Positions 48,780 through 63,843 of a stretch of DNA of 64,000 nt are shown one piece after another. The notes beneath the pieces were generated by a model. The model saw nothing but the letters and a program-made list of their open reading frames with translations. It was not told where the DNA came from and did no database searches. Position 1 is the stretch's first letter. Each line of letters opens with the position of its first letter. This stretch comes from Heptranchias perlo. Lineage: Eukaryota. The translations under genes were made by a program, and so were the position numbers. The DNA is taken from positions 7,192,001 to 7,256,000 of the forward strand of contig NC_090347.1 in NCBI RefSeq assembly GCF_035084215.1. Reading direction: 5' to 3'.

Positions 48780-50177
48780 GGGTGTAAGGATAAACCCAGC
48801 AACTATAGGCCAGTCAGTTTAACCTCAGTGGTAAGGAAACTTTTAGAAACGATAATCCAGGTCAGAATTAAGTTACTTGGACGAGTATGGATTGATTAAC
48901 AAATCCGTGCTGGCTTTCCCTGAAGGCAAATCGTGTTTAACTAACCTAATAGAGTTTTTTGATGAAGTAACAGAGAGGATAGATGAGGGCAATGCAGTTG
49001 ATGTGGTGTAAATGGACTTTCAAAAGGTGTTTGATAAAGTGCCGCACGGTAGGCTTATCATCAGGATTGTGGGCCATGGAATAAAGGGGCCAGTAGCAAC
49101 ATGGATACAGAATTGACTAAGGGACAGGAAACAGAGAGTAGTGGTGAACGGTTGTTTTTTGAACTGGAGGGAGGTGTACAGTGGTGTTCCCCAGGGGTCA
49201 GTGCTGGGACCACTGCTTTTCTTGATATATATTAATGACTTCGACTTGGGTGTATAGGCCACGGTTTCAAAATTTGCAGATGACACAAAACTTGGAAGGG
49301 TAGTAAACAGTGAGGAGGATAGTGATAGACTTCAAGAGGATATAGACAGGCTGATGGCATGGGCGGACATGTAGCAGATGAAATTTAACGCAGAAAAATG
49401 CGAAGTGATATATTTCGGTAGGAAGAATGAGGAGAGGCAATATAAACTAGAGGGCACAACTCTAAAAGGGGTACAGGAACAGAGAGATCTGGGGGTATAT
49501 GTGCACAAATCATTGAAGGTGGCAGGGCAGGTTGAGAAAGTGGTTAAAAAAGCAAACGGGATCTTGGGCTTTATAAATAGTGGCATAGGGTACAAAAGCA
49601 AGGAAGTCATGATTAACCTTTATAAAACACTGGTTCGGCCAAAACTGGAGTATTGTGTCCAGTTCTGGGCTCCGCACTTTAGGAAAGATGTGAAGGTCTT
49701 AGAGAGGGTGCAGAAGAGATTTACTAGAATGATTCCAGGGATGAGGGACTTTAATTACGTGGATAGACTGGAGAAGCTGGGGTTGTTCTCCTTGGAACAG
49801 AGACAGTTGCGAGGAGATTTGATAGAGGTATTCAAAATCATGGAGGGCCTAGATAGAGAGAAACTGTTCCCATTGGTGGAAGGGCCAAGAACCAGAGGAC
49901 ATAGATTTAAGGTGATTGGCAAAAGAACCAAAGGTGAGATGAGAAACCTTTTTGCACAGCGAGTGGTTAGGATGTGGAATGCACTGCCCAAGGGGGTGGT
50001 GGAGGCAGATTCAATCATGGGCTTCAAAAGGGAACTGGATAAGTACTTGAAAGGAAAAAATGTGCAGGGCTACGGGGATGGGCGGGGGAGTGGGACTAGC
50101 TGGATTGCTCTTGCATAGAGCCGACGCAGACTCGATGGGCCGAATGGCCTCCTTCCGTGCTGTAACCTTTCTATGAT
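48780..50177 (+). mobile_element. CR1 LINE, 5'-truncated, relatively young
   Basis: 246-aa open ORF2 C-terminus (MKFNAEKCEV...RPKLEYCVQFWAP...RMWNALP). Stops upstream. 3' end ttctatgatt. Confidence 0.95.
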
Positions 50178-51866
50178 TGTGGAGGCAGTAGGTATTGCTG
50201 AGGTAATAAATGAATACTTTGCATCGGTCTTCACTAGAGATGAGGATGCTGCCAAGGTAGCAGTAAAGGAGGAGGCAGTAGCGATATTGGCGACGATAAA
50301 GAGGAGGTTTTTAAAAAGGTTGGCAGTACTCAAAGTAGAAGAGTCACTGGTTCAGGTGGCATGCATCCTAGGTTACTGAGGGAAGTAAGGATGCAAATTG
50401 CAAAGGCTTTGGCCACAATCTTCCTTTAGATATGGGAGTGGTGCCAATACGAGAGGATTGCAAATGTTACACCCCTGTTCAAAAAAGGGGAGAGGGATAA
50501 ACCTGGCAATTTTAGGCCAGTCAGCCTAACGCAGTGGTGGGGAAACTTTTAGAGACAATAATCTGGGACAAAATTAATTGGCACCTGGAAAAGTATGGGC
50601 TAATAAATGAAAGCCAGCATGGATTTGTTAAAGGGAAATCGTGTTTGACTAACTTGATTGAGTTGTTTGATGTAACGGAGAGGGTTGATGAGGGTAGCAC
50701 AGTTGATGTTGTGCATATGGACTTTCAAAAGGCATTTGATAAAGTACCACATAATAGACTTGTTAGCAAAATTAAAGCCCATGGGATTAAAGGGACAGCA
50801 GCAGCGTGGATACAAAATTGGCTAGGGGACAGAAAGCAGAGAGTAGTAGTGAGAGGTTGTTATTCAGACTGGAGGGAAGTAAACAGTGGTGTTCCCCAGG
50901 GGTCATTATTAAGATCACTGTTGTTTTTGATGTAGATTAATGCCCTGCACTTGGCTATACAGGGTATAATTTAAAAGTTTGCAGATGACCTGAAACTTGT
51001 AAATGTATTAAAACATGTGGATGATTGTAACATACTTCAGGAGGACATGGACTGTGAAATGGGCAGACACGTGGCAGATGAAATTTAATGCAGAGAATTG
51101 TGAAGTGATACATTTTGGTAGGAAGAATGAGGAGAAGCAATATAAACTAAATGGTACAATTTTAAAGGGAGTGCAAGATAGGAGAGACCTGGGGATGTAT
51201 ATACACAAATCTTTGAAGGCGACAGGACAAGTTGAGAAGGCTGTTTTTTTTTTTAAAAAAGCATATGGGATCCTTGGCTTTATAAATAGAGGCATAAAGT
51301 ACAAAAGCAAGAAAGTTATGCTCAACCTTTATAAACCACTGGATAGGCCTCAGCTGGAGTATTGCATTCAATTCTGCACACCACACTTTAGAGAGGATGT
51401 GAAGGCCTTAAACAGTGCAGAAGAGATTTATTAGAATGGTACCAGGGGTGAGGGACCCCAGTTATGTGGAGAAGTTGGGGCTGTTCTCCTTCGAGCAGTG
51501 CAGGTTAAAAGGAGATTTGATAGAGGTGTTCAAAATCATGAACGGTTTTGATAAGGGAAAACTGTTTCCAGTAGCAGAAGGGTCGGTAACCAGCGGATGT
51601 GGATTGGTAAAAGAACCAGAGGCGACATGAGGAACCATTTTTTTATGGAGCGAGTTGTCATGATCTGGAATGCACTGCCTGAAAGGTGGTGGAAGTAGAT
51701 CCAATAGTAACTTTCAAAAAGGAATTGGATGTACACTTAAAAGGAAAAACTTACAGGGCTGTGGGGAAAGAGCATGGAGCGGGACTAATTGGATAGCTCT
51801 TTCAAAGAGCCGGCACAGGCACGATGGGCCAAATGGTTGCCTCCTGTGTGGTACTACTACTATGAT
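50178..51866 (+). mobile_element. CR1 LINE, 5'-truncated, directly behind the previous copy
   Basis: [44 protein letters not shown]; multiple frameshifts. Confidence 0.95.
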
Positions 51867-52544
51867 AAATTGGTAGTAATTTTTGGATTCCTTGAATCTA
51901 AACTTGCCCCATTTTAATGAGATGATAACTAATAATAAACTCTATCTATTTTTTGTGGTAGGCTTAAAACTTTTATTTAAAATTTATTTTCCTTACAGCT
52001 TCCTTCTATTTCAAGCTGTATCTTCTAGGTTGGGTGTCATGTAAAATAATTGGATCCATATAATATCCTATGTAACTGGTTTATTTTTATATTTCATTTG
52101 AAAAAGTGTCTCATATATTTGGCAAATATATTTACAGACCTTCATTTAATTTGGGCAGCTGCCCATCTCAGTACAAACTTGTGGTGTCTTCAACTTTGAG
52201 TCAGTCTGAGAGAAGTTGAGTACCAATTGTTCCAGTATTATTTGAAAAAACTTTTTTTTGTTTGTTTTAAACTGTTGTCTGTTAGAAATAACTTATTTTG
52301 TGGGAAAAAAACATTGTTTTGACTTGCTTGGAAGACGTTATTTGAGTCTTAAAATGCAGATACAGTTTCCATCGTGCTGAGCTAGAGCGAAAGTGCAACT
52401 TTTGGATGAAGGTGACCGAGCCAGTGAAAATATTTAGCCTTGGTTCTGATTCTGAAGTTTAAATAACAAGAATAAATGTACTGTGACAATGCATGACACT
52501 GATTGCATTTTGCTTGAGTTTTAACCAATAAAATGACTGACGGC

Positions 52545-52950
52545 TGATTTCTCAGATGGCTCAGTAAGTTTTTCCCAGTGAGTCATACAGATTAGGAAGG
52601 TCCCAGGTTCAATATCTAGCCTTTGCTTAGTTAACTGATCTCAACCAGGAAAGAAATACGGACACTGCAGTTAGCCTTTGCGCCCTTGGGTTAGGGAGAG
52701 GGAATTCATCCAGGCTTCCTGCTTCTAATCACCATTCAGTTATCCTTGCTGGAAGTGTGTATGTGCATGTTGGGTGATTACAAGATGGTCCTGGTAGTTG
52801 AATAGCCTGTTGACACTTGATGTCCAAACTCACAAATGTAAAATGGACACTTGAGCAATGTACTGGAGGGTGCCCAGTGCCCATGGAACTGTATCCCAGT
52901 AAAGAATAAATCCTACAGGAGAGGAGGAAAGTAGAGAAAATCAGCGAGAG
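52545..52950 (+). mobile_element. tRNA-derived SINE (second family), near full length
   Basis: ggctcagtaag...cccaggttcaatatc A/B-box-like head; body shared with the 58345-58730 copy. Confidence 0.65.
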
Positions 52951-54117
52951 AAGAAAGAATTTTTAAAAGGTGTTAATAAAAAAAAAGCCTGAGTTTAGCA
53001 GGTGCAGCAATTGAGCACTACAGTTGGTCTTGCACCCCTTGGTTTGAGAGGATTAAAATTAGCATGGTTCCCATCCTGATTGTTCTCTAGTAATCCATCC
53101 AAAAGGTTCATGTTGGTTGAGGCCAGGGTTGACTTAATTGTAATGTCCTCCACAGTCAAATATGTTGTTGAAGATTGGTCATTTGGGCATGGTATTGGAG
53201 GGCTGGTAGAATGCACAGGACCACACAGGTGTGTGACTTAAGGGATGAAAGTTAGAGGAAGAACATCAGTACTGTTTCAGTGCCACTGCCCTACTTTTTG
53301 AATATTTTTAATAGTGAGTTCAGATTTATTAGAACGCCCTCCAGTAACTAACAAGGTTTAAATATTATAAAGACTGCAAAATAATTATACAGTGTGTGCA
53401 GGATAAAGTACAGTCTGCAGTGTTATTACAGAATTGTATTGAAGGATCAAGATGACATCATAAATTGCAAGACCTTGTGCAATTTGTCAACATTGTGTCA
53501 TCACTGAGATTGTGTCACTGTCTTGGGAAATACTCCCCCAGTGTCTGGTGCTTAATTAGGGCAGTGATTTGTAATTACTTAAAACTACCATTTTCTCTGC
53601 TTTTAGAGCAGTTTGTGTAAATGTGTAATATTTGGGCAGCAGATTGCACAACAGGTTGTAAGTGCAGAATTTTGCAGAACGTCACATCATTTGCCCTATT
53701 TATAATGTATACAAACTTATGGGAGATGGGACGTTTAGGTGGTGTACTTTTTGTTCAAAGTTGCGGCGCGGACACGATGGGCCAAAGGGCCTCTATCCGT
53801 GCTGTATAACTCTACTTCCACCTTTTATAGAAGAATATGTCTTGCCGTCAATTTCCTTGAAATTAATAATAAAAAAAATAATTTAATTGCTGATCATTTA
53901 TAGAGTCCCTGAAGTAAGTCCTCCATATCTGCTCGACAAATATCCTAGCATGGCCCCGTTACAATCAGCAGGGCTGAAGGAGACTTTAGAGTGGCTCTTA
54001 AGCTTGTTTGAAGTTGCCTGACCCCAGGAAATGATGAGTTATACTTGCATAGTACATTTTAATGTAGCAAAAGTTTGGCCTGTTTCTCAGGGGTTTCTGC
54101 CAATCTTCTGCTGAGGT

Positions 54118-54632
54118 TCATAGAATCATAGAAGTTACAACATGGAAACAGGCCCTTCGGCCCAACATGTCCATGTCGCCCAGTTTATACCACTAAGCTA
54201 GTCCCAATTTCCTGCACTTGGCCCATATCCCTCTATACCCATCTTATCCATGTAACTGTCCAAATGCTTTTTAAAAGGTTGAGGTGGGGGATCGAAGAAC
54301 GCCCACAGAAATTTCAGGTGAGACTGTTTCCAGTGATTGACTGGTCTAGAACGAGGGGACATAAAAATAAGATTAAACATAAGGGATTAAAGACAGAGAG
54401 CAGGAGAACCTTTTTTTACACAGAGGGTTATCAGGCTGTGATATACACTACCAGAGTTAGTGATTGAAACAGAGACTATGTCAACTTTTAAGAGTAGGTA
54501 GTTGAACAAAGTAGGGATAAAGCGATATGGTAACTCGGCAGGCACATGGGATGGGGACAACTGCTCATGTGGATAAACATCAACACAGACTGGTCGGGCT
54601 GAACCACCTGTTTCCATGTTGTATTTTCTATG
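54118..54632. mobile_element. Two CR1 3' fragments in opposite orientation (- 54118-54275, + ~54280-54632)
   Basis: catagaatcatagaag reverse tail; LFPVIDWSRTRGHK on +. Confidence 0.7.
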
Positions 54633-56519
54633 TAATGCTGTGTAAAGACACTTCATGGGAGAGGGGATGATCATAAACTTGGGAGAAGAATTGAGGGGGT
54701 GATTGAAAGCAAAGTCAAAGATGTAGGTTTTGAGGAGGCTTTTGAAGCTCGGGGAAAAATATAGCAAGGTGGGTGGGTATAGGAAGAGAATTCCAGACAG
54801 CAGGGCCAAGATGGCTGAAGGCTCTGCCACTGATGGTGGAGTGGGGACAATGGCGCACAATAGTCCAGATTCTCAAGCAGAGCCTGAGAGCTGGCATTTA
54901 GGGTAAGAAAAGTTTGCAAATGTTGGTTGGAGTAAGGCCATATAAGGAATTGTAATCAAGGGCAAGGATTGAAGTTGGGAGCCAATGGTAGTTGGTGAGG
55001 ATAGGGGTGATGGGCTCAATTTAAGTAGGCTGGTGGAGCAGGATGTGGGCAATTTCTGGAGGAATTGCAGCTTGTGTTGGGAAGCCAGTGAGCCAGGTGT
55101 TGGAAAGTTAAGTCTGGAGGTGACTGAAGTGTGGATTGGATTCCAGCTTTTAATGTGGTTTCCTGGTGTCGGGTGGCTTCAGAACGACTCAGGCTGGTTT
55201 GAAGTTATGTCCTCTGTTGTTGGCAATGGGACTGGGCAGGGAGTTCCCTGTAATTGATGTCACCAGAGTGGGTGATCCTACATGAGGGTCTCCCTGCTAC
55301 CAACAGAATTGAGTTTTTGTTTTTTAAAAAAGTGATTTTTTTTTTTGTCTCTTACTATGAAAGGGGGAATACTTTGAACAAAAGTGCTCCTACACTTTCC
55401 TTCCTTTTAAATGGTTTCTTGCTGGTGGGGATGTCAGGGTGGAAGGTGACAGGCAGCAGGCTGCTAAGTTCTTATTAAATGATTTGACAAGCTGTGATTT
55501 TGGGATTTATTGACTTGCACAAGAGACAGTCAGAGGCATGGGGCATATTTGTCTTATTGAAGTTTCTTTCCCATTGGAATACATGGGGACTTTAAGATCA
55601 GCAAACTGTGTGTTAGTGCAATTATTTTTTGAAGATGAAGTCTCTCCATCAAATCCTCCTTTTTTAAAAAAGATAATAAACATGATTAAAAGAAACATGT
55701 TTAACTTCCATGTTCTCATTGTTTTCATGTTGAGCAGTGTTGTTCAAATGCTGAATGGTGATAGCCGTGAGGGAACTGTCTTGGAGGTATTTCTCCGCCT
55801 GGTAGTGTGAGGGAGCTGAATTAACATGCACAGAGCTAAAATGACTGTGTGCCATTTCAGTTACTCCAGCAAACCAATTTCTTGATTGCTTGGATAACTC
55901 ATTCTTTTAAATATCCAGAGAATCAGCAGAAATAAAATAAAGTTAAAGGCTAATAAAGTTAATTCATAATTCTTTGTGATGGCAAGCCTCCCTCTTTAAT
56001 AACATTTGGCTATTTACAGATGCACACTGTACAAAATCAAGTGTATTTGCACAGCAAGATGTTTCCCCTTACATTTATGATAAGGTAAACTGCATTATGA
56101 TGGGGGATCAAATTGCTCTGTGAATAGAGAAAGTTCTTTATAAAGTGTAATGGATACTACACATGAAGCGGTGGAATTCCCTCCTTTATTTCAAGTGAAG
56201 GAGAACACATAAATCATCAGTAGCAAGTTATGACCAAGTTATATGGGCTTCCCTTGAGTGAAATAAACAATTTGAAATGCAGTATTCTATTTCTACTATA
56301 TATATATTTGCAACTTCTGTTTGGTATACAATGATTAAAGGAACTTGAGTATTAAGTGAACTTTTGGTCCAGTATGGTTTTTGCTTACGTATTGGAATAG
56401 TGCATAACACCTCAAGTTGCTAGGAGCAGTCGTTATGAAGTTGCTGTTTGGTCTTTGGAGATGGAGAGTGTGCGCGCTTGTTATAAAAACATGATGTTGG
56501 CTGGGAGGTTTAACAAGAA

Positions 56520-56975
56520 AAAGAAAGAACTTTCATTTGTATAGTATCTTTCACAACCTCCAGATGTCTCAAAGCACTTTACAGTTAATGAAGTACTTTT
56601 GAAGTGAAGTCGCTGTTATAATGTAGGAAACATGCCAGCCAATTTGCACACAAGAAGGTATCACAAATAGCAATGAAATAAATGACTAGGTCATCGGTTT
56701 TTAGGTGTTAGTTGAGGGATAAATGTTGGCCATGAGACTGGGAGAACACCCCTGCTCTTCGAATAGTGCCATGAGATCTTTTACGTCTACCTGAGAGGGC
56801 AGACAGGGCCTTGGTTTAAAGTTTCATCCGCAAAACAGCACCTCTGACAGTGCACCATTCCCACTGCACTGAAGTGCCAGCATAGATTACGTGCTCAAGT
56901 CTCGAGTGGGGCTTGAACCCATGACCTTCTGACTCGTAGGTGAGAGTGCTGCCACTGAGCCAAGGCTGATGCCTA
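56520..56975 (-). mobile_element. Full-length DeuSINE (SacSINE1-like)
   Basis: Reverse complement of the 43831 family from tail to tRNA head (gccactgagccaaggctga). Confidence 0.85.
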
Positions 56976-59900
56976 AATAGCTTTGGTTCTATTTTAGTTA
57001 GGTGGGATTTATTCTGAGTTGTACAATTTTTTTTGTGTGGTTCAAAGGTGCAGTGAGCAGAAACTTGTTTTGCACTTTTTTTGTACAGTTATCAGTTCAG
57101 AATGCAATAGCAATAATGGAGTGGCTATGTTTACAACTAGTACTTGTTTATGGTTAGTGTGAGTGTACAGCTGTTTGATTTATTTTTAAACCATGAGCAG
57201 CTCATGGGTGAGTAGTTTTGATTTGTTTATCACCTTGTGCATTGAATAAATTTTCCGTTTCTTATAAATGTGATAGATGTACATATGTAGAATATGTAAA
57301 ATATTTTGCCCAATATGTTTTAAAATCATGGGCACTTCTATTTTGTTGACTGGATGAAGGGTTCGGAAGAAGCAATTGGCAGATAGATTGCCCGTGTTGT
57401 GTTATTGTGGTGACCTGGAGATCTGGGAGAAGATAGTTTTTGTTGATTTTAATGCCCATTTTTCTGTGCAAGTACAGCCACCATATTTTTTGATAGAGTA
57501 ATCTATTAGTTCTTCACTGAATTTATTTCATTGATACAAATTTACGTTTAAACAGTGAAAAAACAGAATTTTTTTTTGAGTAGAAACCCTGTAGTATCGG
57601 CACCATAGTGTCCACTTCCCTCAATAAGGGTCAGGTTGAGTGAGTTAGTGGTGGTGTCACCTCTGGGTCATAAGTTTGGGGATTCCAGCCCCGTACTAAA
57701 ATAATCTAGGCTGACGTTCTAGCCTGCTGCCATGGGATTGCTGCACTATTATCTGTGCTGTCCTTCTGATAAGACGTTAAACTGAGCTCATCTTTGTCTT
57801 TCAGGTGGATGTTAAGGATGTAAAGGAAAGATGGTAGGGTTGATATTCTGGAAGAATGAGACCAAAAGGGCCTTTTCATTTAGATCAATCTAATTCTAAT
57901 TCATAAACATTGAAGCCCTTTTTTTTTGTGTCTGAAACAAGTCAGTTTAAAAAAAATTACAATTATTAGGCGATTGGCAGCATGATACAAGACAGTAATT
58001 CAGTTGAGTGGTTCTGATGATTCCTTGTTACTGCATTTTATGTTGAGCAGCAGGATCAAGGTTACTTGCTTAAGCTTGCTGACAGCTTGTTCTATATATA
58101 GTCTAGTTGTTGTAAAATCTTAATGTTCAATTTTTATTTTTCTTGCTACTTTACTTGGCTGCTGTGGTGAATGATAAAGCAGTGTGATGTAGGAGGAATA
58201 ATGAACAGTAGGAAAGTGGGATCTGAAGGCATATGGCATGCATGATTAGCAATACACCAACATATTGCTAATATGAATTGCAGAGAAATATATCACTGAC
58301 AGTGTAATACCAATTATTTACATGACTTCAAAAGTTACCCTTTAGCTCTGCTGATGGTTCAGCGGGTTTATCAAGTGAGTAATGGAGCCATTCAGACCAG
58401 GTGTCGCATGTTCAGTCGCTAGTTTGTGATGGGTTAGCTGATCTCAGCCAGAACAGTTGTAGGGATTCTACAATTCACCTCGATACAGGCAAAAATCATC
58501 AAAGGTACCCGCTTCTGATTACTATCCAGTGACTCTGCTGGAAATTGCCAATGTGTGGATGTTGGATATGGACAGGATTGGGTTTGACTGTCATACCTCT
58601 ATGATTGACTAGCCTGCCAACAGTCACTGCCACTTTGGGTGGGGTAACAGATGGTGCCCAGCGTCTGTGCATCCGTACCCCACCAAGGAATCAATGCCTT
58701 GGGAAAGGAGAAAATTGGTGAGGAGAAATGTTGTTTAAAAACCATGTGCTGTGTTTGCATTTTTATTTTTAATAATTTAGGAGGTGACCAATGCAAGGAA
58801 TGTAGTGATCTAATGTAAAGTATTTTCACTTGAGTTTTTAAATCTTTTTGTTTCGGGGAATTTTTGTCCCCAAGGTACGAAATATAGAACTTGGAATTTT
58901 CCAGGTTTTGCATTCAGCGGCTGTGGATTTCTGTTGTGTTCTCCGCAGCGTTAAGATGAACGGGAGGAAAATCACCAGCTGGTGAGCGAACAAGCGGAAA
59001 ACCCAGGCCAGTAATATTTGAAGAACTCCTGGGTCATACATAGCATGGAACTAGGGTAATGTTTCCTTCTTGACTTGTTCCTGACCTGTGCTTAAATCCA
59101 AACCTGAGCCACACATCTGTGTGGCCTTTCCAATTGGCTCACAGGTGCTGGAACTGGCTTCTCTGTTATGAGACTACAAATTTAATGCCAAATTATGGGT
59201 AGTTTTGCAACATGTGCTTGTATCCGAGTCACTGAGTTGAGACTGTCTAAGTTTATTTCTACCTTGCGACTGGTAAAGGAGACTTTGGGGGCAGATAAGC
59301 AAGTAACAAAGGAAGGATGAAATTGTGTATTTTGATGGTTTGCGCCATTGGATTGATATCCTAGTTAGTGTTTCCATCTTCTAATATGGATGTAAATGGA
59401 AATAGACACACATCATACAATTGTTTTTGTGTTATTCAGGCTTGGAGTAGGGGCTGTTAATTTCAAAACCCAGCCGGTCAGGGTTGAACAGTGGAAATGT
59501 AGGACTGGATAAACAGTCTGGATAATTGCTAACATTTGAGTTAAGCGTAAAGATGAGTGTAAGAAATTTTTGCATGGCCACACTGCAGGCATTTGTTTCC
59601 ATGGGGTTTTTGCGAATTGTAATTATGGGCATGTAAAGTAGTCCACTTGAACTTTGAAAAGCACCCAGCAGTTTGTCTGGAGAGAGCTATTTCAGCTATA
59701 TAATACTGGGATAAAGATTATTGCTTGCAGGCCTGTCACTGGTGGTGGATGTGGTGGGAGCAATTTGAGGTGATGAATTAAGATTATTATACAAGAAAGA
59801 TAGCACACAGCATTAAAGCATATTGGCTTAAGTACTTTTTTTTTTCTCCCTGTAGCATATTGGTACCAATATGCCAAACAAGCTTAGTGGCAACACTGAT

Positions 59901-60649
59901 GGAATTTTGCTTGATTGCCTTTGCCTTTGGGGATCAGGGAGTATTTATGTAGAACTTTCTCCCAGAAGGTTACAGGTTAAGTAGGATTCACATTTGAACG
60001 ATTTATGGAAGGACTATGATCTTTTTTTCATTCCATGTTTTCTTATTTTAATACATCTTGGAATTTAGGATACTCACTAAATAATGAAAAGCAGACTGAG
60101 AATTAAGTGTAGTAAGTCAGAAGATGTGCTGCATTTTCAAATGAACAATAAAGCCTTTTTTTAAACCATATCTTTAATTGGTTAGTTTCAGTCTGTTGTT
60201 CATTGGTTGCTGGGGCATTGGCTGTTTTGTGTTGGATGTTCAGTAATGGACAGATGAAAAATAGTTGGTGTTTTAAACACTTGGCATGTTCATGTGAACA
60301 CTTGCCTGCCCTGCCACCACCACCCCCCCAACCCCCATAAAATTTTGTGGTTAATATAATTCAGATCTCTCCAGATCCACCTTCCTTTTAGACCATTGCT
60401 GTTTGTCTTGGAAACCTTTTTAGTTGCAAAGAAATGCATTTTGTGTCATTGGATAAATGAGGTATACACCCCTGTATTTGGAAGTTCCAGCTTAAATCGC
60501 AGAATTTGAAGCATTGATCCAACATTGGATGGGCACTCCTGTGTGGGTAAGGAAGGCAGGGAGAAAATGGGGCACATTATCATAATGTTATGTGAGGAGC
60601 ACTATTCAAATACCTTGTTGCCTGGTCTCTTTTGAAGAATGGCCATTTT

Positions 60650-61040
60650 GATAGAATCATAGAATGGTTACATCGCAGGAGGCCATTCAGCCTGTTGAGC
60701 CCGTGCAAGAACCTCTGCAAGAGCAATCCAGTTAGTCCCAATCCCCCACCCTTTCCCCATAGCCCTGCAAATTTTTTCCCTTCAAGTACTTAACCAATTC
60801 CCTTTTGAAAGCCACGATTGAATCTGCCTCCACCACCCTTTCAGGCAGTGCGTTCCAGATAGTAACCTTTTACTGCGTTAAAAAAAAATGTTTTTCCTCA
60901 TGTCTCCTTCGGTTCTTTTGCCAAACACCTTAAATCTGTGTCCTCTGGTTCTTGACCCTGCCACCAATAGGAACAGTTTTTCTCTATCTACTCTGTCTAG
61001 ACCCCTCATGATTTTGAACACCTCTATCAAATCTCCTTTC
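60650..61040 (-). mobile_element. CR1 3' fragment
   Basis: KGDLIEVFKIMRGLDRVDREKLF...SRTRGHRFK plus 3' UTR. Confidence 0.85.
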
Positions 61041-63659
61041 ATGGACATCAAATTCACCATTAGCTCATGAAAGTGCACCTGGCATGAGTCATTACCTTCA
61101 GGAAAGTGAGGAAGGAAAAATAAATACTTCAGAAATGAAGAGTGAGTGTGAAAAATACTGTAATTTTGTTTTATAAACAAACCATAGTACATTATAGTTA
61201 ATCAGAACTCCTTCCTTGTTAACCAAATGCTCAGGTAAACATTTTTTTAGTTGAATGTATAGAACTGTAGGGTATCAAAGTACACATGGTATGTATCATG
61301 ATTCCTTGGTCTCATCTAGACCAGCAGGGAAGAGGATGTGAGCAGCTGGTAACAGAATAACATTGACTCAGGTCAAGGAGCAGGCAGCTGCTGACTTTCT
61401 TGGATGAGGAATGGTGTGAGAGATCTAAAAAAGATTGTGCATTTCATTATTTTATTCAGTTTCACCTCTTAAAAAGTGATGTTCATTCTTTTGAAGCTGG
61501 GGGTCAGAAACTTATCAAAACCAATGAGTGGCCACATGATTATACAGAAATATGAGCCCAGGTACACACAATTCAAACATCCCCATCGAAAAAAGTTGAA
61601 CTCCCCCCTCCATACACAAAAATTATGAGATCTCTCAGCAAGATCCCCATGTAAACATTGCAAGTCACAATACACAAAAAAAAAATCCCTCCCTCCTCTT
61701 CCCATCATTCTCATCCACATCCTCTCCTCCAGCTTCACTCCTATCCTTTCACCCCCACCTTGTTATTAGTCTCACCCTTGAAGTCATGTGCGGGGCTGAC
61801 CAGGTTGGGGGTGGGGGTGGGGGGAACGGGTAATAGTTTCCCTTTCCTGAAGGACATTAGTTAGCAACAGTCTGTCAGCTTTCATAATTTTTTCTCTCAT
61901 TCCCCCCCCAAATGACCTGATTTATTGAATTCAATTTGATAACTTGCTGTGGTGGAATTTGAACTCCGACCTTTGGTTTGCTAGCTCATTGTCATGACTA
62001 CGAGGCTACCATGCTCACTTGACATTTCTCTTTCTACACTTCGAATTCGCCAATCTAAGTTTTTACCCTTTTTAGACCTCTATTTATCATGGAAGCTAAT
62101 GGAACAAAAATATTTGGAAGTTGTACCTATAACAGCAATTCGTATAGTGCCCTTTAATGTAGAAAAACGTCTTGAGGTGCTTCACATGTGAAAGGGGAAA
62201 AAAAATCGTTCTGAGTCAAAGGAAGGGGTTATTGGGGGTGATCAAAAACTTGGTCAGAGGTGGTTTTAAGGAGGGTCTTAAAAGAGGAGAGGGAGGTGGA
62301 GAGGCAGAGGGGTTTAGGGAGGGAGGAATGCACAAGCGGCTGGAGATAGAAGAATGGAGAATTGGGGACGAGGAGTGCTGGAGAAGATTGCAAAGATAGG
62401 GGGGGGCAAGGCCATGATGCAATGATTAGACATTGTGAGCAGTACCGAGGGCAGAAACCAGATTGACAAGGAATGGTGGTAAAGGTGGGAGTGTGGTTAC
62501 AAGGACTTTGGAAAGAAAGGGAAGGGTGATATTTGGAAAATGGATGGCTTGAGAGAGGTTTCTTGAGAGAGGATGTAATAATGGTGGTCTTGAAGGAGGG
62601 AACAAGTAGGCAAGCATAGGTCTGACGAGGTGAAGTTGGGACGTCAGAAGCGGGGATGGAAAGGAATTAAGGGAACTGGTGATAAGCTTCTGAGAACTAT
62701 GGGGGTATTGAGGGAGGAATGGCAGAAAATGGGTTAGGTAGGGGCCAGTTGAAGGGAGAGATGAGGGTCAGGAGAGGAAGGGAAATTGGGGGTAATTAGA
62801 GGAAACTGAACAGGACTGTGCTTCCAGTATATTTCTGTACTGTTAATAGTTAAGCTATAAGCAGCAGCCCAGAGAAACCCACTAGTCAAAACACTGCACA
62901 TTGTAGCGTGACAGTGGGTATTCCTAGGAAGTGATGTTTTGAACATGAGATAACTTAGAGGAAGCTATGTGTGCATACAATTAGGGGTAAGTATTTGATA
63001 ATGCAGTGAGATTATTTTGTGATGAAGAAGTGATAGCCATAGCAAGCAAATGCCAGATTTCCTGAAAATTCCAAAGTGTTTGTAGTGAAGTCTCAAATTT
63101 TTATTTTCTCTGGCATCTTGAGAAGGTTTATTTACTAGTAACGCAGACATTTGTATTTGGAATTTGTATAGAAGAATGCCGCTTGGTCTATTCCACTTCT
63201 TGTAAATCACTGTTTGTGTTTATTGTTTTGTATTTTGTGCCAACTGGGGTCTTTGCATTAGCCTTGTGGCTAGTTCCACATCACTGAATCTAGTCTCAAT
63301 ACTTTTTGAATCTTCTTAATTTTAGGCAAAATTTTTGTGCCACTGGTTCTGTCTTTTAAAATTATTTTAGTTGTGGGGTATTTAACAAATATCTCACTTG
63401 TTTATTTGCTAGTCCTCTGCACTTTGCTCAAGTAGGTATTCTTTGTGTAAGCCTTGAGTGTTGGCAGGCTTTCAATGTTGGTGGGGGGGGGGAGGCAACA
63501 AAGTCAGGCCTGATGTAGTCCTCACCGGACAGTCTCACAAGTGTATTTGCCAGCAGGAGTTGTTGGATAATGATCAGGAGCAGCAATCCTGATTTATTCT
63601 ATTAATCTTCCTAGTTCAGGGGCAAAACATGGTGTAGCTACTGGCTAAGGCTATGTTAT

Positions 63660-63843
63660 ATGAACATACGAATTAAGAGCAGGAGTAGGCCATTCGGCCC
63701 CTTGAGCCTGCACTGCCATTTGATTAGATCATGGCTGATCTGATTGTGACTTCAACCCTACTTTCCCGTATATGTACTATTACCTTTGACCCCCTTGTTA
63801 ATCAGGAATCTATCTAACTCAGCCTTAAAAAAATCAATGAATG
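63660..63843 (-). mobile_element. CR1 3' UTR fragment
   Basis: gagcaggagtaggccattcggcccc...gatcatggctgatctg. Confidence 0.75.

Noticed and set aside
49378-50118. 246-aa ORF as a host gene
   Set aside because: CR1 ORF2 C-terminal remnant with in-frame stops upstream.
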